Positions 22,325 through 35,934 of a stretch of 53,872 bases of DNA are shown one piece after another. Source of the stretch: Prorocentrum cordatum (taxonomy: Eukaryota); NCBI GenBank assembly GCA_963575745.1, contig CAUYUJ010000284.1, positions 62,001-115,872 of the forward strand, written 5' to 3'. How positions within the stretch are numbered: position 1 is the first letter of the stretch; each line of letters begins with the position of its first letter. A model generated the notes under the pieces. The model was not told the origin of the DNA. It did not search any database and was given only the letters and a program-made list of their open reading frames with translations. Both the position numbers and the translations under genes were made by a program.

Positions 22325-23065
22325 CTGACCAAACTGATATGGATGTGAACCTCGAGCTGCCTGAGCGCATACGAACCCAGAGAGGGTTGCGGTCGGAAAC
22401 TTGCGGGACGCTCAACCAGCTCGAACTCAAGACCCGACTCAGTTCCGAAATGGGCAGAGATGGCACGGGGCGCAGGGCGCATGGTCGCCCCACGGGATGT
22501 GCCAGGGGCGCGCTAGGGGCTGCGCCATGTCAGGGGATGTACTAGAGGACGTGTCGTGGATGTGGCAGGGACCTGCCACGGTACGTGCCAAGGCACGTGC
22601 CACGGGGCGTGCCAGAGGACGTCATGCCAGGGGATGTCCCAAGGGACGCCCCAGGGGACGTGACAAGGGACGCGCCAGGGGACGTGGCAAGGGACGCGCC
22701 ACGGAACAGGCAGAGGAGGCGCCAGGGGGCGAGCCGTGGATCACGACACAGGACGAGCCAGGGAACTCGGAACGTGCCACGGACGCGCCGAGGGGCGTGC
22801 CAGTGGGCGTGCCGGGGAACGTCACGCGAAGGGACGCCCAGGACGCGCCAGGGAACGCGCCAGCGCGCCAGAGGACGCACCACAAGACGGGCAGAGAAAG
22901 CGCCAGAGGACAAGCCAAGGAAAGCGCCACAGGACTGACCACGGGACGTTCCCGGGGCCTCGAGACGAGACGTGCCAGGAGGTGCGCCAGGGCACGTCAT
23001 GTCAAGGGACGCCCCGGGGGACGCGTTAGGGGGCGCGGCAAGTGACGCGCAACGAAACGAGCAGG
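22325..23065 (+). repeat. Dispersed element: conserved head followed by a GCCAGGGGACG array
   Basis: A homologous head and array lie at about 27225-27530, with an array remnant at about 28790-28890. Confidence 0.7.
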
Positions 23066-23380
23066 GGACCCAACCTCCCTATCACCCGAAGGGTGGCCGT
23101 ATAGGTATGATATGGATAGCTCCGGCGGCCATCCCAGGGGAAATTGAGAAGCGGCGGGCCTGCTCAGAAGGCTCTGCAGTCCCTCGCCCTTACGACGTCA
23201 GACACAGAGAACCTCTCAGATCTCAGAAGGCCAGAGGCATTCTGAGACCCGCCGCCTTTTCAGCGGGCCTCCTCCTTCTCACTGCCCCCCCTCGCCCGCC
23301 GCCGACTGCACGCCGTGCACGCGGCGTCCGCGCCGCCGAGCTCCGCCCTCCGACGGAGGAGGAGGGGAGCCGCCGCGCGC

Positions 23381-23421
23381 CTGGCGTCCTCGCTCTTGCC
23401 CGCCTGGACGAAGCCGCTGGC
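23381..23421 (-). CDS. Gene B exon (ASGFVQAGKSEDA)
   Basis: 41 nt, CAG|G ... CAG|GC, phase 0/2, all codons GC3. Confidence 0.7.
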
Positions 23422-25380
23422 CTGGCGGCGCGGGCGGGGAGGAGGAAGAGCAGGATCGGGCCGGGCGAAGGGGGGGGAATAGCAAAGGGGGGGGGTGAGA
23501 ATCAGCTCACGTAGCTGATTTTCCCGGCACCAAGAGGCGCCCATGTATCCAGGAATGGGCCCGGCGGCGGGGCCGAAGCCAGCTGCATGCAGCAGATTTC
23601 GTAACCCCCCCTTTCCCCATCCCCCCCCCTTTCGTTCGCCCCGAGCCTGGCGGGGCGGGCGGGGCGGAGGAAGAGCAGGAGGATGCGGGTGGTTCGCGCG
23701 GCGTCGGCGCGCGCAAAGGTTTTCGACGCCGCGTCGATCGTTCAACCTTGCACCGATCGCGGCCCCGATCGTCCAAGGTTGAATCCCGCCGGGTCCAGGG
23801 GCGCCACCGCGTCCCTTGGTGCTGCAGCGTCACAGAGTTTAACCCTGAGGGCCTTCGCCGGCGTCGCCGGCGCGCCAACGCCGCATGAACCTACCTGGGC
23901 GGTCTGCGTTGGCCGAGGGACCGCAAGGGTTCATTCGTTGGCCGAGGGGCCGTAAGAGATCCGTGCCGGTAAATGGCAAGATCTAAGGTTGACTTGTGGA
24001 GGAGCAGGGCGAGCAGGACGACCGGTGGCGCTTCGGAGAGGTCGCAAGGGACGGGAGGGGGGGGGCGGAAGAGGACGAGCGGGACGAGCAGCACGATCAA
24101 CGGCGCCTGGGAGGGGTCGGAAGGGACGGGAGAAGGGGGGGGGACGAGGAGGACGAGGAGGACGAGCAGGACGACCGACGGCACCTCGGAGAGGTCGGAA
24201 GGGAAGGAAAGGGAAGGCAGGGGGGGGAGGGGACGAGGACGATCGGGACGAGCGACGGCGCCTCGGAGAGGTCGGAAGGAAGGGGCGGGACGGGGAAGGG
24301 TGAGGGGAGGTGAACGAGCAGGACGGTCGACGGCGCCTCGGAGAGGTCGGAAGGTCACCCCGCCCACACGAGGGACAGCACCAGCAACCGCCGCCTTCGA
24401 AAACTCGACGGGGGATAGAGGAGGGGCAGGCCCCTGGGCGGCGGCACGCGCGATCGTCACAGACTGCCCGACGAAGCTCACGCGTGCCAGGTGCTCAGCG
24501 ACGGGTCCGCCGATATGATCTACAGTCAACCCGCACAGTAAGCCGACGGTAACCCTTGTATCCTTGCCCCTTCGGCCCATCCTTCGCGACTCTCGCTGGC
24601 CAGCCTCGCTCGAAAAACGCGAACGTGGCCCTCCAAAGCCCTTGCATTCTTACTGCGCATCCCTGTTATACGGGTTGACTGCATGAGGGCGAGGGAGGAG
24701 GACGAGCGGGACGATCGGGACAAGGAGGCGAGGACGGGGAGGACGAGGACGCGAGGAGGCGAGGGAGGCGAGGGCGAGGAGACGAGGGCGAGGGCGAGGC
24801 GAGGAGACGAGGAGGACGTCGGGGGAAGGCGAGGGAGGAGGTCGAGCAGGACGGTCGCCGGCGCCTCGAAGGGAGGCCGAAGAGAGCTGCCCACCGACGC
24901 GAGGGAGTGGAAGGGGCGAGCCGAGGCCCCGGGCGGGAGGGGCCTCGGGCGCCTGCCGGGGCCGCGGGTGGCCTCGGCCTGCGCCAGATCAGCGAGGACC
25001 ACCCGCTGCTCGCGGGGCGAAAGCAGGGCGAGGAGGGGGAGGGGGGTAGAAGTAAGAGAAAGGGGGAGGGGGGTAAGCAGGGCGAGGGGAACGAAAGCAG
25101 GGCGAGGAGAGCGAGGAGGGGGAGGGCGAGGAGGAGGGGGGGTAAGAGCAAGAGTAAGAGGAGACGCGCTCGCAAGTGGAGCCCCTTCTGTGCTCTGGAG
25201 GCCTTCTGGGTCTGACTGTAGACCTTGGGCCACAGGGATTCACGAAGTCTAGCAAGATGTCCAGATCCAGGAGGGGGAGGGAGGAGGAGGGGTGGGGAGA
25301 GAAGAGAGGGAGGGTGGGAGGGGAGGCAGCGGTGCTGCAACCGACCCTCCTGTCCCACGCGCCCTCCTCATTAAGTCTCA

Positions 25381-25587
25381 GGTCGGGAATGTCATCCTAC
25401 AGGCGGGCTTTGGAAGAAAAATGAGAAGCAGTCTAAACATGACCGAACACAATAAAGCACTATCAAAGATAGCCAAAACAATATATAATACGTTTGTTTC
25501 CTGAAGAAAAAACGTCACCAGACAATTGCTGTTACTCTTGTTTTTACTCTTATTGAACATTCTTCCTGCAGAGGGACACGACCGACG
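25381..25587 (+). mobile_element. Family A MITE (diverged, longer)
   Basis: GGTCGGGAATGTCATCCTACAGG ... CCTGCAGAGGGACACGACCGACG. Confidence 0.75.
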
Positions 25588-26687
25588 CAGCAGGAGTCCC
25601 CGCGCCTCCGCTGCCCCTGCGCGAAGCGCGCAGCCCCCCTCGAGAGGCGAGCGGCCCCTGGGCCCACAAGTCCCGGCGGGAGCCCCGCTGCGAGCGCAGC
25701 CGCCCTCCCCCGGCGGCGCGCACCAGGGGGGGGGGGGGGCAGGGGGAGAAGGGGGGGGGGGGGGGCTTCTTCAGAGGAGGCTGCCTCTTGGGATTCTGAG
25801 AAGCAGCCCCCTTCTGAGAGACCTTCTAATTGTGAGGCGCCGGCCCAACACCTAAAGACAAGGCCCGTGCCTCCTGAGAAGCAGGGGTGCTTCTGAGAAG
25901 CCTCTCCCCTTCCCCCTACCCCCCCCCTTCTGCGCGTGGCTGACTCCCTCCTTAGAGCTACCAGGGATGCAACAGGGAGCTACAAGGAGTGCACCAAGGA
26001 GCTACAAGGAGCTACAAGGAATGCAACAAGGAATGCAGCAAGAAATGCATCATTGAGGGAGTGCCGAGGGACAACCCCGCCTTGAAAAAGAACCACCATG
26101 CGTTCGTGACACTGCTGGGTAACTGGCTGGACGACTGTGGTCATACATGTGAGGAAGTCTCGAACGAGAACGCCCCGTTTTGAAAACGCGCCCGCATCCA
26201 TCCGCGCAACTCTTGGGAACTTTTACGACGAACGTGCGCGGCGTCACGGCGAGAGCCACATCGTGAAAACGAAAGGCCTTCCATCCGCGGAACAGGTGAA
26301 GATGATCGAGACGAGAGTGTGCGCGGCGTTGCCATCCATCCGCGTAACGGATAAACCTTGTAGCCTTCGGGATAATATGGAAGGAGGTTCATATTAGGAC
26401 ACAGAGAGCTCGGAAGTCGTCGGGCCTTCCGAGCAGCTCTCTCAGCCTTTGAAGACACACGAGCCTCCTCGAAAGTCGCAGGGGCTTCTGAGCAGCCCCG
26501 CCGCCTTCTGAGGAGGTCCTCTCCTTCTCACCTCCCCCCCCTCGCTCGCCGCCGAAAGGTGGCGGAGGAGGGCGGGGGAAGCGCCGTGCAAGCAAGCCTG
26601 CCTGCGCCTGAAGAGACACAGCCCCCTTAGAGGGCGGAGGAGGGGGTGGGAGCCGGAGGCCGAGTGCGGCGCTGTCGGGCGAGGTGC

Positions 26688-26746
26688 CTTCTTCTCCATC
26701 TGCTCATAGTGGAACTTCGTGAGCTGGTTGCACTGGTCCCGGGGGC
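26688..26746 (-). CDS. Gene B exon (GPRDQCNQLTKFHYEQMEKK)
   Basis: 59 nt, GAG|G ... AAG|GC, phase 1/0. Strongly protein-like and nearly all GC3. Confidence 0.75.
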
Positions 26747-26948
26747 CTCGCCGCGGGAACGCACCGCTGAAAGGGGGGAGAGCGGGGGGGGGAGCGGGGG
26801 GAGGCAGTGGTAGGGGAAGGAGGGGGAGAGAGAGAGAGAGGGGGAGAGACAAGCAGAGGTGGGAACGCGCGAGAGGCAGGCAGAAAAAGAGAGAGATGGA
26901 GGGAGACATACACGCACACAAACAATCATATACACACGCATCCCAAAC

Positions 26949-26987
<39 letters not shown>

Positions 26988-27544
26988 CATGTTTTACGTC
27001 GCAGCGCGGCAGAGGCAATACGCACGCGCGTCCGAGTGACGCCGGACGCACGGGCAAGGTATCAGTGATGATACTGTGCCAGGAGCTGTGTTGTGCTGCT
27101 CTGCGCGGTGCCGCACCGGATTGTGGCGTGCCAGGGGACGCGCCACTGAACGTGCCAGGGGACGCGCTAATGGACGTTCAAGCGCGCCGCGCGATGTACC
27201 ACGGGGGAAGCGCCACGGTATCTGCCCGAGCTGATTTGATATTTGGCTCGAGCTGCCTGACGGCCCAACTCGCCCCGAGCTAGCTCAAGTCGAAGGTCGC
27301 AGAAGAAACAATCAACTCGAGCTCAAGATCCGACTCAATTCCGAAGCGAGACGACGAGACGACACGGGCCGCAGGGCGCATGGACGCGCCAAGGAATGTG
27401 CCAGGGGCGCACTAGGAGATGCGCCAGGGGACGTGGCACGGAACGCGCCACGGAACAGGCAGGGACAGCGCCAGGGGACAAGCCAAGGAACGCGACAGAG
27501 GATGAGCCATGGGACACGCCGAGGGAGGAGGGGTGTACGCCGTG

Positions 27545-28280
27545 CCGCTCTGGGGCGAAAGGAACCCACTCGTTTTCACGCTTGTCCCGCTCAGGGGCGT
27601 TAGGAACCCACGCGTTTTCACGCCTGTCCCGCTCTGGGGCGTCAGGAACCCACGACATTTCACGCTTATCCCGCCCTGGGGCGTTAGGAACCCAAAAGTT
27701 GTCGCATCTGTCCCGTTTTGTGGCGTTAAGGCCGAACGTGTGTGCACGCTTGTCCCGCTCTGGGGCGTTAAGAACCCACATGTTCTCAGATGTGTCCCGC
27801 TCTGATGCATTGGGAACCCACGTGTGTTCACGCTTGTCTCGCTCTGAGGCGTTAGGAACCCACGTGTGCTCACGTTTGTCCCTCTCTGGGGGGTTGGGAA
27901 CCCAAGTGTATTCACGCTTGTCCAGCTCTGGAGCGTTAGGAACCCACGTGTTCTCGCGCGTGTCCCTCTCTTGGGCGTCAGGAACCCACGTGCTATCGTG
28001 TGTGTCCCTCTCTTGGGCGTCAGGACCCCACGTTTTTCCCCGCGTGTCCCGCACTGGGGCGTGAAAGCCCACAGGGATTCACGCTGGTCCCGCTCTGTGG
28101 CGTCATGAACCCGCTTGTGCTCACACGTGTCCTGCTCTGGGGCGTTCGGCACCCACGTGCCCTCACGTTCGTCCCGCTCTGGGGCGTTCTGGCCCCCGCG
28201 AGTGTGTGCGTGCTCACGCTCGTCCCGCCCTGGCGCGTGAGGAACTCACGCGTCGTCACGCGCGTCCCGCCCTGGGGGGC
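27545..28280. repeat. 42-bp minisatellite, about 17 diverged copies
   Basis: The unit is approximately GGGGCGTTAGGAACCCACGYGTKTTCACGCTTGTCCCGCTCT. It produces the 14-aa repeats in ORF 27335..28072. Confidence 0.9.
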
Positions 28281-28929
28281 GTGAGGAGCCGTGGCATGTC
28301 CGCTCCCGTCCCGCCCTGAGGCGTCGAGACCGCACGTGCCTTCGCGCGTGCCCAACTCTTGGGCGCCGGGAGCTCGACTGCGTGACCGCGCGTCCGCGCT
28401 CCCAGAGCCACCGGGGTCGTAAAAAACAAAACAAAAAACCACCACCAAAAACGAAATTCCTTTCTAACTCTTGAAATTCCTTATTAAATTCATTTCTAAC
28501 TCCTTTTTCCTTCCTGGCCCAGACCTCCCGGCGTCGTTTCTTTTTTGTTTAAAAACAACACCCAAAACGAAATTCCCTTCAAACTCTGGAAATTCCTTAT
28601 CAATTTCCTTTCTAACTCCTTTTTTTCCTTCCTGGCCCAGACATCTTGGCGTCGTTGAAAAAAACAAAAAAAACGACCCCAACAACGAAATTCCTTTCTA
28701 ACAGAGGTTGCAAAGCGGCAGTTTTTTGCGCAGGACATCCTAAAACAATTGCCTCGCGCAGGACACGCAGGTCTCGAACGGGCACTCCGCAAGTCCAGGG
28801 GGCGTGCCAAGGGACGCGTCGGGGAACGTCCACGAGACCCGGCACGGTACGCGCAAGAGACGCGCCAAGGGGCGAGCCGCGGATCATCTGGAACCTCCTA
28901 GGGGCCAGCGTCCCGTTCTTAGTCGAGAT

Positions 28930-31316
28930 CTCAAGGGCCACGCGATCCCTCGCAAATTACGCTGCGTCCGCGCTCCCTGGGGTACAGTCCATCGCAAATT
29001 CGGCTGGGCCCACACTCCCAATGCCACTATCACTAGTAAGTGGTGCTGCGTCCGCTTCGCCAAGGCCACGAACCCTTGTAAATTACGCAGCGTCCGCGCT
29101 CCCAATGCCACGAACCCTTCGTAAATTACGCTGGAGTCGCGCTCCCAGTGCAGATGCATTGTAAATCACGCTTGATCCCTGATAAATTACGCAGGCATGC
29201 CGAAGATATGCCGAATGTACTCTGAGGGTACGTCGGACACACTCGTTGAAGGTAGGCCGAAGTTACGCTGAAGGCGCGCAGTTTCTGTATTGCGGTTGAT
29301 CAGAAACGTGATTGAAGGTACGCCGAAGGTACGATGAAGGTACACGCGTCCAAATCAGCGAAGGTATCCTGAAGGCACGCCGAAGGTAGACAGGAGCGGG
29401 GGGAGGGGACAGACCCCCCACTCCCCCTGCTCCACCAGACCCTCGCTCCCCCAGACCCCGCGGACCCAGAGAAGGGCAACACGCGACGTACCCAGAAACG
29501 AACGCATTCATTACCACGGGGCCGCGCTTCCAGGGCCACGATCACTCGTAAATCGCGCTGCGCCCGCGCTCCCAAGGCCGAGATCCATCGTAAATCTCAT
29601 CGCGTCCGCGCTCTCGGGGCCACGATCCTTCGCAAATTGCGCGCCCACTTCCCCCAGGACAACGACCCATCTGCAAGTGCAGCTGGATCCGCGCTCCCAG
29701 AGCAGCGACCCCTCGTGAAGCACGCTGGGCTCACGCTCCGAGGAGCTGCGGCCCCCTGTGAATGGCGCTGCGCCCGCACTACCAGGGCAGCGATCCCTCG
29801 CGAGTTGCGTTGCGTCCGCGCTCCCAGGGCCCAAATCCCTTAAAAATCACGCTCGGTTCGCGCTACCGCGGCGACGATCCTTCGTAAAGCATACAGGATT
29901 CACGCTCCCGGGTCCACCGGCTCCTTGCAAATTACGCTGGGTTCGCGATCCGAGGGCGGCTGAAGTGAGGTTCTGCGGTGCGGATTGTTGATGTTGTTGG
30001 TGCTGCTATTGCTGCTGCTGCTGTTGTTAGTGTTGCTGTTGGTGGTGATGCTGCTGTTGTTCATGGTTTTGTTGCTGTTGTCGGTTACTTTTGTTTTTGG
30101 TGGTGGTGTTGTTAATATTGATGCTGGTGGTGTTGTTGCTGGTGTTGGCGCTGCTGCGGTTGTTGGTGTTGGCGTTACTGGTGCTGATGTTGTTGTTGGC
30201 GGTGGTGGTGTTGCTGTGGTTGGTAATGATGGTGTTGTTTGTTGTTATGTGTTGTTTGTTGTTTGTTGTTCGCTGTTCGTTGTTTGTTTTTTAGTGTCGT
30301 CGTCCCCCCCGCGAACCGGCCCGCGACCCACCCGCGATCCACCGACGACCCACCCCGCGACCCGCCCGCGACCCACCTGCGACCCGCCCGCGACCCACCC
30401 GCGACCCGCCCACGACCCACCCCGCGGCCCACCCACGACCCACCCGCGACCCACCCCGCGACCCGTCCACGACCCAGCCCGCGACCCACCCGCGACCCAC
30501 CCGCGACCGGGCCCGCGACCCACCCACGTTGCGTTAACCAGAAAGTCTGCGCCTGCGGCGAGCTCGTTGTATACTTTGTAAAAGTTTGAGCGCCTGCGGC
30601 GGTCTTCTTCAGAGCCTCGCAGACTGTCGACGCCCCCGTCGGCCCCCTCGCTCTTATCCGCAGCTGCGGGGGGCTGCGTAGAGTACATAGTTCCAGCGCC
30701 TCAAGGGAAGCGGTTCTCGCAACTTGCCGAGGGCTCGCGCTACCAGGGCAACGATCCTGTGTAAAACACACTGTGTCCGCGGTCACTTGGCAACGACCAG
30801 GTGTAAATCATGAAGGATTCACGCTTCCACTGCCAGGATCCATGGAAAATTACGCTGCGTCCGCGCTCCTTGGGCCACGATCCCTTGTGAATTACACTGC
30901 CTCCGCGCCCCCGGGGCCACAATACCCCAAGGGCCACGATCCCTCGCAAATTACGCTGCGTCTGCGCTCCAAGGGACACGAAGCACCGCGCGGAGGTTGC
31001 CCAAAAGGGTCCCCCCCCTCCCCAGAGCAGAAACCAATACTTTTCTGGTTTGGCTCGGCCCCCCTTCATTTCCTCAAATTCAAGCGCTGGATCCGAAGCC
31101 GCGCATTCTCGTAAATTACGCTGGGTTCGCCCGCCCAAGATAGCGATCCCTCGTGAATTACGCTGGATCTGCTCGCTCAAAACCACGGGATTCGCGCTCT
31201 CAGGGCAGCGATCCGAGCGAATTCCGCAGGAGTCTTGTAAAGTATGCTGAGTTCGCCTTCCCAGGGCCACGACCCCTCGCGAATTACGCTGAGTTCGCGC
31301 TCTCGGGGCAACGATC
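28930..31316. repeat. Degenerate minisatellite of about 42 bp in two blocks (about 28930-29955 and 30725-31316)
   Basis: Recurrent GGGCCACGATCCCTCGYAAATTACGCTGCGTCCGCGCTCCC. Confidence 0.75.
30594..30615 (-). CDS. Gene B micro-exon (ALKKTAA)
   Basis: 22 nt, GAG|G ... CAG|GC, phase 0/1, compatible with both neighbours. Confidence 0.55.
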
Positions 31317-32179
31317 CTTCCTCCTCCTCCTCCTCCTCCTCCTCCTCCTCCTCCTCCCCCTCCCCCTCCCCCTCCCCCTCCTCCTCTCCTCCTCCTCCTC
31401 CTCCTCCTCCTCCTCCTCCTCCTCCTCCTCCTCCTCCTTTTCCTCCTCTTCCTCCTCCGCCTCCTCCACCTCCTTCTCCACCCCCTCCTGCCCCCCCCGA
31501 CGTCGGCGCCCGTCGCCGTCGCCCGTCGCCTCCGCCGCCCGCCGCCGCCGCCGCCTCCGAGCCCCGATGCCGTCTCAGAGCACAGCCGCCCGTCGTGCGC
31601 CGCCCGTCGTCGCCTGACGCCCGTCGTCGCCCGTCGCCCGTCGCCCAGCGTTCGAGCACAATCGACCCGGCTCACAAGGATACGCGGCAAGGATGCAAGG
31701 GCCTTGGAGGGCTACGTTAGCGTTTTCGAACGAGGTTGGGCAGCGATGGTCGCCAAGGATGGGCCGGAGGGGCAAGGATGCAAGAGTACCCTTGGGAAGG
31801 GCGCCCATCCTTACCAGGCGGGTTGACTGTAAGGAATCGACGGCAGAATTGGTTGACTCAAGACTTCTCGCCCGTTGAATCTACACACAATCGAGCTCCG
31901 TAGATCTACGGAGCATTATTGACATGTTGCATAGAACCGGCGAAGAAATCAAGTTTGGGGCAAGTCAATTCCGTAGTCGATACCCTACTCGAAGCATGCG
32001 TCGTCGTCGGCGGCCGCGCTGGCGGCTGGCCTCGGCCAGCGTCGTGCGCGGTGTTCCGTCGTCATGCGCCGTCGTCGTGCGCCGCCGTCGTCGCGCGCCA
32101 TCGTCGTCGCGCACCGTCGTCGGCGGCGGCCGGGGAGGAGAAAGTCTGGCTGCGGCGGCGGTCGGCCTCGGCCACCGGC

Positions 32180-32201
32180 CTGCATCTTCATCACGGAAGC
32201 C
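32180..32201 (-). CDS. Gene B micro-exon (GASVMKMQ)
   Basis: 22 nt, GAG|G ... CAG|GC, phase 2/0, compatible with both neighbours. Confidence 0.55.
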
Positions 32202-32278
32202 CTCGGGGCGCCGGGGTGTCGCATCCCCCCCTCTGGCCCCCGCGTCGTCACAGCACAAAAGCCAGAAGAAGAACGACC

Positions 32279-32313
<35 letters not shown>

Positions 32314-33430
32314 AATAATAATAATTTTAAGACCGTTCGCCCTTATATGCTCGAGTGTCCAATAACGCGTATTTCCCAAACCCTCGATACCCGCCCTCTT
32401 CGTCTTCGATCGAACCCCTTTTGGGGGGTACACCTTTCTTCTCTGCAGGCCGGGCCCCGGCAAGCGGCGGGGCGGCCGCGGACCGTCAGCCTGGCCAGTG
32501 GCAGCGCTGATCGGCGGGGCGGCCGCAGACCGTCGACCCGACCCCAAGAGGGACGGACAGGGGACCGACCACGACGACGAAGACGACGAGGACGACGACG
32601 ACGACGACGTCGAAGACGACGGCGACGACGACGACGACGAAGACGACGACGACGACGACGACGACGGCGGCGACGAGCGAAAGCGAGAGCGAGAGAGAAC
32701 GACAGCAGGGCCACGAAGGGCACGAAGTAGGCCACGAAGGGCGACAGCGGGGACACGAAGGGGATGCGTATGGGGCCACGAAGAGCGCAAACGAGCAGGG
32801 GCCACGAAGTGCAGATAATGCGTGGCCACAGAAGGCAACTATGGGGCCACTGAGGGTAGCAACTGGGCCACGTAGGACAGTGAGGGGGACACAAATGGCG
32901 ACAGCGGGGCCACGAAGGGCATGCACATGGGGCCACAACGGGCGCGACTCCTGGGTGCCTGGGTGTCGGGAGCGCGGCGCTTGGGCAAATTGCAGGAAAT
33001 TCCAACGCAAGGCCATTCTTCAGTAAGTTGCAGGCAAATTTCCAGCGAGAGCGCGACTCCAGAGCGCCGGGAGAACGATTCCTTAATCAATTGTAAGGAA
33101 GTCCCAAGCGAGAGCGCGATTCCTGAACAAAATGCGAGGACGTCTCGGGCGGGAGCGGGGGTCCTGGCTAAATTGTAAGGAAGTCTCAGGCGGGAGCCAT
33201 TGTCGTTGTAACCCGGGGGCCAGGGGCCCAGTTTGAGCAGAAAGACTTTCCCTGTCAAAAAACAGGGTGCGAGCGTCGAGGGGCACACTTTGATTGAGAA
33301 AAAAACATGCACCGGTGAGGGGGGATCAACAAGAACTATTCTTCAGAAATGAGAATCCAACAACAACAGCAGCAGCAGCAACAACAACACCAACAACAAG
33401 AACGACGACGACAACAACAACAACAACAAC

Positions 33431-35095
33431 AATCACTTTACCCGAACGCTCAGTGTTCTCACCAGTGCCAGGGTTTTCATGCGACGCCAGCCAATACCCC
33501 CACTTTGTGGGGGGGCAGTGCAAGCTCTACCAAATATCCACACGACTCTTCGCCACCACCCACACCCAGCTTCCCGCCCTATGACGTTCGGACACTTCAC
33601 TTCGTGGCCTGCGGACGACCGTGGCTACTACACTGGCGTGGAGTACACACCCACAGAAGTTGTTAAGCCTACGTTCGTACACCCACAGAAGTTGTTAAGC
33701 CTTGTTAACCCACAGAAGTTGTTAAGCCTTCCACAGAACATCTGTTGCATATGATGCATATGGTACAGATTTCGGCGTGCGCGAGCGAAGAAAAAACGAA
33801 TGTGTCCCGCATGGTATTATTTGACAGGGATGATGACCCTGGCAGGTGCGCAACCGTTGTCGCAGAAGTTCGAAAAAGTTGCTCGCAAAAGCCCGTTTGA
33901 CAGAAATGTTTAAAAAGTGTTGGGTTTCCTACGAATCCGCAAGAGCGCGCGGGATGAGATTTTGACATTTTTTTGTTGAAAAACCATTGGTTTTTTGATG
34001 TTTTTATGTTAAAATCGCTGCGAACACTAAGGTTTTGGAAGGATTTCGTCTTGCGCGCGCGAATGTCCACTTTACCTTGTTTTTTTGCAAGGGATTCTTG
34101 AAATTTGATTATATTAGAACAAGAAATGTCATTTTCTATTGTTTTTTGCAAGGGAAAGCGGATTACAACAAAACAACCGGATCCTGTACACACCCTCTTT
34201 TCTGAGGCTTCCTCACGAAAATGATGAAAATGTAGCTGCGGCCTAGGCGGCGCAGGGGGGGCGCGCACCAGGGGGCCCAACAATAATTATTCTTTAGAAT
34301 AAATAATGTTCAACAACAACAATTACTAGCACGTGGGGACACTCCGTTCTCACCAGTGCCAGGGTTTTCATAGGAGGCGGGCAATACCCCCACTTTGTGG
34401 GGGGGCCGGTTCAAGCTCTACCAAATTTCCAAACGACTCTTCGCCACCACCCACACCCAGCTTCCCGCCCTATGACGTTCGGACACTTCACTTCGTGGCA
34501 TGCGGACGACCGTGGCTACTATTCAGGGCCCCGCGGCCGACGACGACGGCGTGCGCGCGCGAAGAAAAAACGAATGTGTCCCGCATGGTATTATTTGACA
34601 GGGATGATGGCCCTGGCAGGTGCGCAACCGTTGTTGCAGAAGTTCGAAAAAGTTGCTCGCAAAAGCCCGTTTGACAGAAATGTTTAAAAAGTGTTGGGTT
34701 TCCTACGAATCCGCAAGAGCGCGCGGGATGAAATTTTGACAATTTTGTTTTGAAAAACCATTGGTTTTTTGATGTTTTTATGTTAAAATCGCTACGAAAA
34801 CTAAGGTTTTGGAAGGATTTCGTCTTGCGCGCGCGAATGTCCACTTTACCTTATTTTTTGCAAGGGATTCTTGAAGTTTGGTTATGTTAGAACAAGAAAT
34901 GTCCACTTTAGCTTATTTTTTGCAAGGGAAAACCGATCGTAACAACACAACCGGATCCGGACTCCCCCGTTTTGCCTGAGACTTCCTCACGAAAATGATG
35001 AAAATGAGGCTGCGGCCTAGGCGCGGCGGGGGGGTCGTGCACCAGGGGCCCCAACAATAATTATTCTTTAGAAATAATAATGTTCAACAACAACC

Positions 35096-35139
<44 letters not shown>

Positions 35140-35905
35140 TACTAGCACGTGGGGACACTCCGTTCTCACCAGTGCCAGGGTTTTCATAGGAGGCGGGCAA
35201 TACCCCCACTTTGTGGGGGGGCCGGTTCAAGCTCTACCAAATTTCCAAACGACTCTTCGCCACCACCCACACCCAGCTTCCCGCCCTATGACGTTCGGAC
35301 ACTTCACTTCGTGGCATGCGGACGACCGTGGCTACTATTCAGGGCCCCGCGGCCGACGACGACGGCGTGCGCGCGCGAAGAAAAAACGAATGTGTCCCGC
35401 ATGGTATTATTTGACAGGGATGATGGCCCTGGCAGGTGCGCAACCGTTGTTGCAGAAGTTCGAAAAAAAAGTTGCTCGCAAGAGCCCGTTTGACAGAAAT
35501 GTTGAAAAAGTATTGGGTTTCCTAAGAAATCCGCAAGAGCGCGCGGGATGAATTTTTGAAACTTTTTTTTGAAAAACCATTGGGTTTTTCATGTTTTTAT
35601 GTTAAAATCGCTACGAAAACTGAGGTTTTGGAAGGATTTCATCTTGCGCGCGCGAGTGTGCACTTCGTGTCATTTTTTGCAAAGGATTCTTGAAGTTTGG
35701 TTATGTTAGAACAAGACATGTCATTTTATATTGTTTTTTGATAGGGAAAGCGGGCGTCAACAAAACAACCGGATCCGGACTCCCCCGTTTTGCCTGAGAC
35801 TTCCTCACGAAAATGATGAAAATGTGGCTGCGGCCTAGGCGCGGCGAGGGGGGCGTGCACCAGGGGGCTCAACAATAATTATTCTTTAGAAGTAATAATA
35901 TTCAA
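33431..35905. repeat. Three tandem units of about 0.8 kb, each followed by (CAA)n
   Basis: AATTACTAGCACGTGGGG at 34321 and 35137 (period 816). The first unit is more diverged at its 5' end. Confidence 0.95.
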
Positions 35906-35934
35906 CAGCAACAACAACAACAACAACGACGATC

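Noticed and set aside
19032..22545. Long poly-Ile/Met/Asp/His/Pro ORFs (also 9346-10425 and 51733-53379)
   Set aside because: They are translations of triplet microsatellites that are open in several frames on both strands.
24005..24360. Five GGCGCCTCGGAGAGGTCGGAAGG repeats with variable intervals
   Set aside because: The intervals are low-complexity G/A variants of each other. This is a degenerate minisatellite, not CRISPR.
27545..28280. CRISPR-like periodic array
   Set aside because: The whole 42-bp unit is homologous between copies, so there are no unique spacers, and no cas genes are present.
34395..34425. GGTTCAAGCTC as a tRNA T-arm
   Set aside because: I could not build a cloverleaf. 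No tRNA or rRNA gene is supported anywhere in the window.
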